Source: Armatimonadota bacterium
Lineage (GTDB): Bacteria; Armatimonadota; Zipacnadia; Zipacnadales; UBA5352
Assembly: GCA_046540615.1 (NCBI GenBank)
Contig: JBKHFA010000001.1
Location: 1-50,960, forward strand
Length of the DNA: 50,960 nt
Reading direction: 5' to 3'
Both the position numbers and the translations under genes were made by a program. The notes under the pieces are model-generated. The model had not been told where the DNA came from and did no database searches. It saw only the letters and a program-made list of their open reading frames with translations. Shown here piece by piece: positions 18,928-28,500 of the stretch. Numbering within the stretch: the stretch's first letter is position 1; each line of letters begins with the position of its first letter.

Positions 18928-20274
18928 TCATTCCGCGCCGGTGTCTGACACGCGCAGTCGCACCGTCCAGGCCGGTCGAAAAAGTTCGCGCAGCGCTCTC
19001 ATGACTGCATCGGCGTCAACCGAAGCGATCTCACCCGCAAGTTGTCCATCCCGCCTGTATCCCCCTGCCCCGCCGAGCAGTTCAAACATCGCCAGATAGT
19101 GCGCTATCTCCTGATTCCGCTGGCGGCGCAGGGCGTGTTTGCCGATCAGATATCTCTTCGCCCGCTGCAATTCGGCCGCGCTCGCCGGCTCCGATGTCGC
19201 GCGGTCGATCTCGTCCTCCACCACCCGCTGCACCTCGTCGAGATCCTCAGGATCGCAGGTCACAAGTATCAGACCCGATGGCGCAGTCGCCGACGGCGTC
19301 AGTTCCGCTGCGATTGTATACGCCAGTGCCCGCTCTACCCGCAGCGCAAGATACAATCGGCTGTCCATCCCCGAGCCCAGCAGGACCATGCCCGTGGCCA
19401 TCGCCGGATAGACGGGCGAATCGAGCGCGACAGCCCGTCCTCCAACGGCGACTACGCCGGTCCGTCCGCCGATCTGAATATCTTCGACTCCCGGCTCCCT
19501 GCCAGGAGAGGGCTCAGGAGCCGACGCGGGCAACGCGCCCGGGAGCAGCCGACCCATCTCCTCGGCTACAAGTCGCATCGCCTCGCCGCCGTCCACTCCC
19601 CCGCTTATTGCCATCACCGTGGCGTTGGGCAGAAAGTGCTCCGAGTGAAAGCTCCGAATTTGATCGATTGTGATGCCCGCCACTTCGACCGGATCGCCGG
19701 CTGCGGTGTCCCCCGAGCGGATCCGAGGATACATCGCCTGGTAGAGCCGGTCGATCGCCATCGTCGCCGGCACTTCATCCCGCGCCGCGAGTCTGCGCAC
19801 CAGTGGCGGGCGGTTCAGCTCCAGCGCCTCCTCGGTCAACTCGGGCCGAAAGAGCATCCGGCGCATCAACCGCACCGCGTCCTCGAGCGACTCCGCGGGC
19901 GCGGCGAGCGACAGTTCGACGTAGTCCGGGGCCACTGAGCCCTCCGCGCGGACGGCGGCGCGGAGCATCTCGTCGCGACAGCCCTCGCCCGCCGCAAGCA
20001 GCGACTGCGTAAGCTGGCGGATCCCCGTGGCGCCGCGTGGCTCATGCAGAGCCGTGATCCGCACCATCGCCGAGATCACAACTGTCGCGGTATGAGCGTT
20101 CTCCTGAACGATCACCCGCAATCCGTTCGGCAGGCTTCGCTTGAGCGGCCCGTCATCCTGCGCCCGGGCAGCGGGAACCGCGACTGCGCCCGCCATGACC
20201 AGCGCGGCGACGAGGCGCCACGGCCGTGCCTTTGTGCGGATCTTCCGTCGCACACGCCCCCGGGGCTGTCGCAT
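18928..20274 (-). CDS. M16 (pitrilysin/insulinase) family protein, probably the non-catalytic form
   Basis: Family pattern LPNGLRVIV..., with a signal peptide. The position of the HxxEH zinc motif reads GIRQLTQSLL (His, Glu and His all replaced). The ATG overlaps the upstream TAA (TAATG). Confidence 0.75.
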   Translation of the reverse strand: MRQPRGRVRRKIRTKARPWRLVAALVMAGAVAVPAARAQDDGPLKRSLPNGLRVIVQENAHTATVVISAMVRITALHEPRGATGIRQLTQSLLAAGEGCRDEMLRAAVRAEGSVAPDYVELSLAAPAESLEDAVRLMRRMLFRPELTEEALELNRPPLVRRLAARDEVPATMAIDRLYQAMYPRIRSGDTAAGDPVEVAGITIDQIRSFHSEHFLPNATVMAISGGVDGGEAMRLVAEEMGRLLPGALPASAPEPSPGREPGVEDIQIGGRTGVVAVGGRAVALDSPVYPAMATGMVLLGSGMDSRLYLALRVERALAYTIAAELTPSATAPSGLILVTCDPEDLDEVQRVVEDEIDRATSEPASAAELQRAKRYLIGKHALRRQRNQEIAHYLAMFELLGGAGGYRRDGQLAGEIASVDADAVMRALRELFRPAWTVRLRVSDTGAE

Positions 20275-22229
20275 TAGCTGGAGGTCAGTCGCCTCAGGGC
20301 CTCCCGGGCCTCCAGGTTGTCGCTCTGGGCCGCGAGAGCCGCACCGTAGGCCGTGATAGCCTCGTAGGGCCGACCCTCTTCCTCATACAACTGTCCCATC
20401 TGGACGTGAATCGCCGCATCGTCCTCGACGGTCTCCGAGACCTGCAGCGCGTTCCTCAGCGCCTGCTCGGCGGCCTGGAACTGACCAAGTTCCGTGTACG
20501 CCTCGGCCAGTTGCGTCAGCGCGTCGAGGTAGGCCCAGTCGAGACCAAGGGCCCGGTTCAGCTCCTGCACCTCGCGCTCGTACTGCCCCGTATTGTGGTG
20601 GGTCATGGCGACGAGATAGTGCAGATAGCTGCGCTGGATCGCAGTGTTGGCGATCGCGGGCTTTGGGATCAACTCCAGCGCCTGCTCGTAGTTCGCCCGC
20701 GCCCGGTGCCACGAGCGCATCTGGTAGAAGGTGTTGCCGAGATTCGTGAAGGACTGATGGAGCGTCGGGTCGGCGACGACCGCCTTGTTGAAGTGCTCGC
20801 TGGCCGCGCCGAGTTGGCCCGTGTAGTAGTAAGTCAATCCGGCGGCGTTATGCGCCTGGGCGTTGTCAGGATCGAGATTCAGCGCCACCTGCGCGCTGGC
20901 AAGCGCTTCATCGTAGTCCTCAGCGTGCATCTGCGCCATCGCAAGTGCCGCGTGCAGTTCCTCGTCACGAGGGTCGATATCCAGCGCGACGCGCAGGTCC
21001 TCGGTGGCGTCCCCGGGCTGGTCCATCTCGATGTACGCCTGCGCGCGACCTCGATATGCGTCCACATACTCGGGGTCGGCATCGATCGCCGCGTCGTAGC
21101 GCTCGACGGCATCCTCGTAGCTGCTGGAGACAATGTCGCGTTCCGGATCAGACACGTAGGTCTGTGCCTGGAAGAGGAATATGTCGCCGAGTGTTTTGTG
21201 AGCCTGCGGATCGCTGGCCGCGTCTTCGAGCGCGTCCTCAACGGCGTAGATGGCCGTGTCAACAGTGGTGATGGCGTTCCACAGCAGGCCGTCATCGTAG
21301 AAAGCGGCCTTAGCCTGCTCGAAGTACGCGCGGCCGATCCTCACCTGTGGCAGCGGATCGGCGGGGTTGCCTCCGCGGTCGGCATCGAGAGCCTTGCGGT
21401 AGGAGTTTCGGGCATCACCGTATTTTCCGACGTCCACGGCGGTGTCCCCGCGAGCGATGTAGAGCCCGGGGCGCATCGCCATCTCCTGGGCGAACTCGGC
21501 CGCCTTTGAGTAGTCCTGGGCCAGCTCTTCCTCGATCTTCTGCCTGGTCCGCTGGGCCTCCGGGGTGAGACCACCCTCACCCTCCCGCAGCGCCATCTGC
21601 TCAAGCTGGCGGACCTTGCGGTCCCACTCATCGACGATTCGGATGGCGTCATCGAAGTCATCCAGCGCGGCCTCGTGCTCATCCTGCATGTTCTTTGCGA
21701 GGCCGCGGTAGAAGTAGGCTTCCACGTAGTTCTCGTTGTGCTGGATGGCCGTGGAGAGCCGATCGATGGCGTCCACGTAGTGGCCAGAGAAGTAGTTGAC
21801 CCGGCCGAGATCGGTGAAAACCTCGGCGAGATTCTTGAAGCGGCGGTTCCGCAATTCGGTCTGATAGGCGCGGATCGCTTCATCGAGCGCGCCGAGTTCC
21901 TCGTAGACCCGCCCGATGTAAAGCTGCGTTCCGGGGCGGCCCGGCCGAAGGTCGTAGGCGCGCTGGAGGACCTCGAGAGCGTCCTCAAACTCGCCCTGTC
22001 GGTACCTTGCCACGCCGAGGTAGTAGAGGGCGGCCTCGTTGTCGGGCTCCTCCTCCACCACCGCCTCGAGGCGCTGGATCGCGGGGGCGTACGAACGCTG
22101 CTCGAAGAGCTGCACGCCCTCCGTGAAGTCGCTGCTGATCTCCTGAGCTGACGCGATTCCGCACGCCAACAGGCCTGCGAGCACGCTGTACATGACAATG
22201 ATTCCGCAGGCGCGGCTGGTTCTGGTCAT
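20274..22229 (-). CDS. secreted tetratricopeptide (TPR) repeat protein
   Basis: Signal peptide followed by more than 12 TPR-like units (A..YY.LG.....G.Y..A...Y..AL..DP). Confidence 0.85.
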   Translation of the reverse strand: MTRTSRACGIIVMYSVLAGLLACGIASAQEISSDFTEGVQLFEQRSYAPAIQRLEAVVEEEPDNEAALYYLGVARYRQGEFEDALEVLQRAYDLRPGRPGTQLYIGRVYEELGALDEAIRAYQTELRNRRFKNLAEVFTDLGRVNYFSGHYVDAIDRLSTAIQHNENYVEAYFYRGLAKNMQDEHEAALDDFDDAIRIVDEWDRKVRQLEQMALREGEGGLTPEAQRTRQKIEEELAQDYSKAAEFAQEMAMRPGLYIARGDTAVDVGKYGDARNSYRKALDADRGGNPADPLPQVRIGRAYFEQAKAAFYDDGLLWNAITTVDTAIYAVEDALEDAASDPQAHKTLGDIFLFQAQTYVSDPERDIVSSSYEDAVERYDAAIDADPEYVDAYRGRAQAYIEMDQPGDATEDLRVALDIDPRDEELHAALAMAQMHAEDYDEALASAQVALNLDPDNAQAHNAAGLTYYYTGQLGAASEHFNKAVVADPTLHQSFTNLGNTFYQMRSWHRARANYEQALELIPKPAIANTAIQRSYLHYLVAMTHHNTGQYEREVQELNRALGLDWAYLDALTQLAEAYTELGQFQAAEQALRNALQVSETVEDDAAIHVQMGQLYEEEGRPYEAITAYGAALAAQSDNLEAREALRRLTSS

Positions 22230-22274
22230 CCGGATATGCTCCCTTCAGAGCCCACGGTTCCCCGTGCGTGCGGC

Positions 22275-22304
22275 ATTATACGACACGCCTCACAGATATG
22301 TCAA
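22275..22304 (-). promoter_or_regulatory. sigma-70 consensus promoter for the TPR / M16 / PQQ / LapA-like unit
   Basis: On the minus strand: TTGACA (22304-22299), an 18-nt spacer, then TATAAT (22280-22275). The GAAGGGAG SD and ATG 22229 lie about 45 nt downstream. Confidence 0.7.
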
Positions 22305-22359
22305 CGAAAGGCATTCGTCTGTGTACCGACAGTTCCCTCAACTGCCTCAGTTCGCCTCC

Positions 22360-22383
22360 CCCGGGGAAGTATCCTTCCCCGGG
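22360..22383 (-). terminator. hairpin downstream of the GH-like gene (no U-tract)
   Basis: 10-bp perfect stem: cccggggaag (22360-22369) pairs with cttccccggg (22374-22383), with a 4-nt loop. It lies 77 nt past the stop at 22460. Confidence 0.4.
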
Positions 22384-22459
22384 ATTAATTCGATCGCTCG
22401 CAACCGCGCATTCACGGTCAACGGAGGGCCGGCGAGCCGTCTCTGAGCACGATGGCCTT

Positions 22460-24598
22460 CTACTCCCCGTCGGGGAAGTCAACCGTGACCGCGAGGTCGT
22501 AGACCTGCAGGCCGCGGGTGCCGGGGCTTGTCAGGCTGACGCGCCGCCACAGCGCCTCACCCAGCGACGGAGAGTTTGATCCCCCGAAGACCGCGCTGTT
22601 TCGACCGTTGGCATCCTGTGTGTATGCGCCCTCGCCGTCGATCACCAGTTCGCCGTCCACGTAGATGCGAATGTCCTCGCCCTGCACCTCGACGCGGTAT
22701 GTGTGGAAATCATCGGTGGTGTCCATGTCGTAGCGCAGGCCCGTGAAGTGGGTGCTGATGTGATCGGGGCGCAGCGCCAGCCGCTCGGTGGAGACGCCGT
22801 TGCTGATGGTGAAGTTGCTCCATCCGTCAATGACTTTCACCTCGGCCTCCGCCACGGCAAGGCGGTCGGGATGCGCCTCCCACGGGTACCTGAAGTAGAT
22901 GTAGTCGCCCTGCTCTTCGCCGCGATCGGCGATCAGCAGGCCATCGTCCTGAAGCTCGGCGAAGACGATGTCCTCGCGCATGCGATCCTGCTGCCACGGC
23001 GTGCGGGGCATGCCGTCTTCGACCGTCCACTCGATCGTTCCGGCCTCCTCATCGCCGGGGCGAGCATGGGCGGCGAACTCGAAGATATTCTCGCCCGGCC
23101 GCAAAAGCCCGTCGGCCAGCGGGAAGTGTAGCCAGGGGGTGTCCTCGTCAGGGTTGGACAGCGTCTCGCCGTTGAGGCTGACGGACAGGTCGGCGGCGCC
23201 CGCGGACATCACGTGGCAGGTCACATGCGGGTCGAGACCCCGCTCACGCGCGGCGGTGGGGTCATCACCGATGTACACCGGGATCGAGGCGGACTCGCCG
23301 GTCTGCAGCGAAAGCGGATCGATCGGTGTGAGGATCGGGAGATTGCGCCACTGACTCCCATCGGCCACCCAGTAGTCGGGGTTGCCGTAGCCGCCACTGG
23401 CCTGGCCGCGGACGGTGGCGAAGTACGTCTTGTCGAGCCCCGCCAGCACATCCGGATCGCCGATCTCGTGGAGGAACTGCTTGTTCGGGTTGAACATGTT
23501 GAAGAGGTAGATCCCGTCCATGCCGGCCTGCCACGCCTCGGCGGCGCGAGCGCGGTACGCCTCGTCACCGCGGCGGTTGACAACGGAACCGTCCACTCTG
23601 ACACGTGACTCGCTCAGCCCCGCGTAGGTCAGCACGCCGTGGCGGTCGCCGAGTTCGGCGAGGTAGTTCCACGGGTTCATGCGGAAGTAGCCGCTCCCGG
23701 TGACGATGTCCACGAGGCCCTCGGACATCCACGTTTCGAGGTCGATCCCCGCGGCCAGCGCCAGCGGCACCGAGTCGGTCACTCGCATCGCAACGAGGAT
23801 CGGCTTGCCGCGCTCGCGGCCGACCTCCTCGGTCATCGCGCGGACGCGCCGAATGAAATTCGTCATGATCTCGACTTCTTCGTCCGTCGCGTGCTCGCCC
23901 CAGGCCGTGGTGCGGAAAAGGCACAGGTGCCGGAAGAAGTCCATCTCGATGCCATCGACATCGTAGTTGCGGCAGACCTCCTCGATGATGGAGAACATCT
24001 TGTCGCGCACGGCCTGCTCGGCGTAGTCAACCTGCGTCCATGCGCCGTGCGGCGGTCGCTCATCGGGGGTGCCGACGAGACACTCGGGGTGGTCGAGCTT
24101 CCACTGCGAGAGCATCCCGCTGCCTGCGTCATGGCGATCGTTCATCCGCTCGGACCAGAAGATCTCTTTGTCATTCTCGCGGCACCACTCCACCATCACC
24201 TGCAGCGGGTCGGTCCCCATCTCGATCAGCGCCGGGGTGACATTGGGCGAGTAGCGGCCCTCGGTGGTCATGAACGTCTCGGAGACCTCCGAATTGTGGC
24301 TGTGACGGGCGAATGTGCCGCGGTTGGTGGAGTAGAAGATCGTGTCAACGTGTGTGTCCTCAAGGCCGATGGTGCGCGGCTCGAGCATGCCCTGAGGAGT
24401 GGGCTCCTTCGCCACGACGACCGCGTCGCCGCCGTCGTTGTTAAAGATGACGCGGCGCTGTCGCTGGAGCATTTCGGTGCGCTGCTGCTCGAAGGCGTCA
24501 TCATCGGGGGCCTGCGCGCTGGCCGGGGTCATTGTGATCAACGCTCCCGCGAGACAGACTGAAAGGAACAGAATGCCGAACAGTGTCAGATGCTTCAT
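22460..24598 (-). CDS. secreted protein: putative glycoside-hydrolase-like TIM-barrel domain plus a C-terminal LamG/concanavalin-like domain
   Basis: Signal peptide MKHLTLFGILFLSVCLAGALITMTPASA. The N-terminal ~400 aa has an alternating beta/alpha pattern (DGIEMDFFRH, ILVAMRV, IYLFNMFN). The C-terminal ~200 aa is beta-rich (FHTYRVEVQGEDIRIYVDGELV). The fold assignment is inference. Confidence 0.55.
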   Translation of the reverse strand: MKHLTLFGILFLSVCLAGALITMTPASAQAPDDDAFEQQRTEMLQRQRRVIFNNDGGDAVVVAKEPTPQGMLEPRTIGLEDTHVDTIFYSTNRGTFARHSHNSEVSETFMTTEGRYSPNVTPALIEMGTDPLQVMVEWCRENDKEIFWSERMNDRHDAGSGMLSQWKLDHPECLVGTPDERPPHGAWTQVDYAEQAVRDKMFSIIEEVCRNYDVDGIEMDFFRHLCLFRTTAWGEHATDEEVEIMTNFIRRVRAMTEEVGRERGKPILVAMRVTDSVPLALAAGIDLETWMSEGLVDIVTGSGYFRMNPWNYLAELGDRHGVLTYAGLSESRVRVDGSVVNRRGDEAYRARAAEAWQAGMDGIYLFNMFNPNKQFLHEIGDPDVLAGLDKTYFATVRGQASGGYGNPDYWVADGSQWRNLPILTPIDPLSLQTGESASIPVYIGDDPTAARERGLDPHVTCHVMSAGAADLSVSLNGETLSNPDEDTPWLHFPLADGLLRPGENIFEFAAHARPGDEEAGTIEWTVEDGMPRTPWQQDRMREDIVFAELQDDGLLIADRGEEQGDYIYFRYPWEAHPDRLAVAEAEVKVIDGWSNFTISNGVSTERLALRPDHISTHFTGLRYDMDTTDDFHTYRVEVQGEDIRIYVDGELVIDGEGAYTQDANGRNSAVFGGSNSPSLGEALWRRVSLTSPGTRGLQVYDLAVTVDFPDGE

Positions 24599-24654
24599 GA
24601 AGACTCTCCCTTACGCTCGCCGGTAGTCTGCGTTAGCTGATGCTCGAAGATTGC

Positions 24655-24686
24655 ATGGCCGGGAGGAAGGAAAACCTCCCGGCCAT
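24655..24686 (-). terminator. hairpin terminator after the second DUF1559 gene
   Basis: 12-bp perfect stem: ATGGCCGGGAGG (24655-24666) pairs with CCTCCCGGCCAT (24675-24686), with an 8-nt loop. It lies 13 nt past the stop at 24699. Confidence 0.55.
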
Positions 24687-24698
24687 CGGAGATCGCGC

Positions 24699-25409
24699 TC
24701 AGTTCACCAGGGCGGATACATCCTTCAACTGCGGAATGACTTTCACGTGCCCATCCCAGTATGACGCGTTCATCATCTTGTTGTGCCGGTAGACGATGCC
24801 ACCGGAGGCGCAATCGAATCCACCGTCATCAGCCATGTCCATCGGGTTCCCGTCGGCATCGAAACCGAGGCCACCGGTCGCGCCCATGGGAGTGAAGCGC
24901 GTCGATTCCATGAGGCAGATGGTCTCAGATGGCGTATCGAGGACCGCAAGCGAGATGCCACGAGTGCTACTCCACGTGAGGTTCGCGCCCCAGGAGTCGG
25001 TGGTGTTGTGTCGGTAGGCGCCGCCGTAGCTTGTCGGAGCCCTTCGGCCGTAGTAGCCGGTGGCATTCGCATGCTGGCTGCGCCAGTACGTCTCAGCGCC
25101 GGGGCCGCTCGGACAGATGTAGACCTTCTCATTCTTGACGTACGGCTCCATCAGATCGTAGACGCCATGGACACGTTTGTAGCTGTTCCCGTCCATGTTG
25201 TAGACGGCGAGCGGCGCTCGCTCGTCATAGTCCTGAGCGTACATGATGATACCAAGGCTGATCTGCTTGAGATTGCTGGTGCAGCTTGCCTGTCGCGCCT
25301 TGTCGCGCGCACGGGCGAAGACCGGGAAGAGGATCGCCGCCAGGATGGCGATGATCGCGATCACGACGAGCAACTCGATGAGCGTGAAGCCCTTGCTCCG
25401 CGCAAACAT
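24699..25409 (-). CDS. DUF1559 domain protein with a prepilin-type N-terminal methylation domain (pseudopilin-like)
   Basis: [70 protein letters not shown] lies immediately upstream of ATG 25409; the track start at 25562 is an over-extension. Confidence 0.9.
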   Translation of the reverse strand: MFARSKGFTLIELLVVIAIIAILAAILFPVFARARDKARQASCTSNLKQISLGIIMYAQDYDERAPLAVYNMDGNSYKRVHGVYDLMEPYVKNEKVYICPSGPGAETYWRSQHANATGYYGRRAPTSYGGAYRHNTTDSWGANLTWSSTRGISLAVLDTPSETICLMESTRFTPMGATGGLGFDADGNPMDMADDGGFDCASGGIVYRHNKMMNASYWDGHVKVIPQLKDVSALVN

Positions 25410-25589
25410 GGTGCGGCCTCCTTTGGTGGTACGAAAATGGACATCCCACGCCCCGTCGATGAACGTGCGGCAGGGTACTGCTGAATACATATCCCGTGCA
25501 GATTGGTAACACATTTCGCCCGCAAGCGAGCGGGGACCTCCGTCGGTTTCAGCATCGCCCACGACTGAGCGTTCGGCTCTCAGGGGATC

Positions 25590-28500
25590 CTACCCGCCGC
25601 GCTGAAGCTCGAAGGCGGTGACCGCGCCGGCCTCATCGGCCACCACGATCAGGGGGCGGTCGGACGCGGTGACGGTCAGCGCGGTGGGGCGGGCGTCGAT
25701 GCGCGCCCGCCCGGCGACCTCTCCGTCGGCCGTCAGCACGAGCACCTCGCCACCGGCGAGCGCGGCAACGACGACCTCCCCGGACTCCGCGACCGCCGAG
25801 GTCATCTCCGCCACCGGCCCGCCGACCGCGGCCGACCAGCGCTTCGCCCCGGAGGCGTCGAAGGCCGTCACGAACTCGCTGCTGGAGCCGGTGACCACCA
25901 GCGCCGTGCCGTCGGCATCGTGGATGATCTCCGTTCCGCGCACATCATCGCCGAGCCGGTGATGGAAGAGCCGCCCGTCGTCCTCCATCGTCGGCGCGGC
26001 CGCGTAGAGGCTCGCGCGCCCCGTCCCGAAGGCGATCTCATCGCGTCCATCATCGTTGATGTCCGCGATCGCCATCGAACTGAGCGTCGATCCCCATCCG
26101 TCATTGAGCACGCGGCGCAGATAGCGGTCATCGCCGCCGCGACCGTTGGAGAGCCCCTCCTGCTTGAGGAAGTAAAGCGCGTCAGTGCTGGAGACCTCCG
26201 GATTGCCGCCGACGATCTCCGCCACACCGTCGCCGTCCACGTCGTAGAGACCGTGGACGCCGAAGAGCCCCGCGTACGACCAGAACGTCCACTTCGGCTC
26301 GCCATCGGGCGTGAGGCCGTGCAGGCGCTGGTCGCCGGTGGCCACGCAGACCGTCTTCTCACCGCCGGGCCCATCCACCACGAAGGTGTAAAGCGCGGGG
26401 TTGCTGCGGATGAAAAGCGCGGTGTTGGTGGCCTGCCGGGTCTCGGGCTGGTAGAGCCAGCGGGTGCTGCCGTCGGGGTTGCGACATTCGAGCGTGCTGT
26501 CTGCCCGTGCCAGCAGCATCTCGGTGGAACCGTCGTCGTCGATGTCAGCGATGCACACGTCATGCACCGCCACCCCGGCCTCCGCCCGCGCAAGCTCCGA
26601 TCCGTCGGCTTCGATCAGCGCCACGCGCCCGGCTTCGCTCGGCACCGCGACTGCCCCCAAGCCGCCCGGGAGCGGCTGCCGGTCAGGCGCGAGCACGTCC
26701 GCGCCGGGGTTCCCGAGATGCGCGCGCAGGTACGAGACCTCACCGCCGGCGTCATACTGCCAGGCGCGCTCAAGCTCGGCATCAGAGGATGCTTCCTCGC
26801 CCGCCCCGGCAGCAATGTCATGCGCAGACGAGGCGAGCAGCGCGCGCAACTGCTCGCCGAGCGCCGCGTCCAGCGCGAGCGCTTCGGTGACGGACTCCTC
26901 GTCGGCGAGTACCTCCACCCCGCCGATCACCGCTCGCCGGCCGCCGGCGACCACCAGCGTCTCCGGAGTCAGGTGGAACGCGTCGGCGTCGATGACGATC
27001 TCACCGATGCGGACCTCGCCCCGCGGCGCCCCGGCCCACGCCGGGACGCCCGGGCCGTCGATGCGCACAACGCCCTGCCCGAGCGAGTGCATGCGAAAGC
27101 GCGCGTCGGGCGCGGCGCCGGTCTCGTGGGCGAGTGTTGCGAGGAAGTCGGTCTCCCCCGCCGCCAGTGTGCTGCTGGACGAGTGCGTCACGCGGTTGGG
27201 CCTCGGTTCGGCGAAGGGGTAGTAACGCGCGCCGCGCCCGTGGGTGAGGTACTCCAGTCGCTCGTGGCTGACGCGTTCGGCGGGTGTCTGCATGTGGAAG
27301 TACGTCGTGTTCTCCTCGGTCCGACCGTCATCCAGCGGCCACTGAGCGACGGTGAGCGTGTCGGCGCTGAACTGCGGCTCGCCGAGCGTCTTCCAGTGGC
27401 CGGAGAAGGTGAACGTGCCCGGCTCTCGCGCCGTCATCGCGTCGATCACCACGAAGTAACGTTCGGGCGCCATCAGCACCGAGCGCGTCCAGTCCGCCTG
27501 CGCGAAGTCGTTCAGACGCGTCTGGCTGATCATCACGTCGCCGAGGTCCACGGAATGCAGGCGCTCGGCGAAGTAGGGGATCGCGGTGCTCAGTCCGTCG
27601 CGGATGATGTTCACGCCGTTGTGCCACGCGATGGTCGCCTCGAAGAGGCCGTCGTAGGTGACGAGGTACTCCCGCCCGTTGCGCGAGTAAAGGTGGATCG
27701 TGTTCGTGTCATCGTAGTCGTGGCTCGCCCCGACCATCCCGTCGAGCAGGAGGAACTCGTCGGCGAGATCAAGGCCCGTGCGCATGGCGATCTTGTCGAA
27801 GGCCTGCTCGTACTCGATGGTCGGCGGGTTGAAGAACCGGGGTGATGGAAGGTTCCGCCAGCCCTGCCAGAATCCGCGGTCGTAGGGGAGCACCGAGAGA
27901 CCCACGATGTCCTCCGGTGGTTCGGGCGCGATGTCGCCGATGTACGTGCGCAGAAGCTCGTCCGTGTTCGCGCGCGGCTCATCAGGGCGGCGCGTGGACG
28001 GCCAGAGATAGCGCCCGTCCTCGTAGTAGTACGCGCACTTCGCCAGCAGCGTGTAAGGGCCCGAGGCGTAGTGCGCGTCGCCGATGGTCGGGAGCATGCC
28101 CGCGTTGTACATGGTGCGCAGGGCGCGCTCGGCCGCCCGGCGTGCCGCGCCGCTCTCGAAGAAGCCCGTCTCTCCGGAGGCCAGCGCGTAGATGGCCTTG
28201 TCCTCAAGCGTCGCCTCCCACTGGTGCATCGAGGAATCACACATCGGCTTCGACCAGGAATCCTGCATGCCGAAGTAATCTGAGATGCGGCCGAGGTAGA
28301 CGTCCATCTCGGGGAGGTCGTAGCCGTGCCGGAAGTAGCGCGCCATGAAGAACGTGCCGACGCCCGGTCGGGTGCCGTGATTTTGATGCGGCATGCCCCA
28401 CGGCCAGCGCTGGATGTGCAGCGCGCCGATGCACTCGTCAGAACGCACCTGGGTCAGGAAGAAGTTCGTGATGGCGAGGCGCTCCTCGTCGGAGAACGCC

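Noticed and set aside
25920-27845. 641-aa plus-strand ORF, together with other long antisense ORFs (11182-12459, 12797-13597, 20226-21509, 23639-24562, 31682-32815, 32560-33702, 41127-41963, 48029-49072, 49078-50103)
   Set aside because: All lie opposite to, or out of frame with, genes that have recognisable domains. They have junk-like Arg/Pro/Gly composition and lack SD sequences. I treated them as shadow ORFs.
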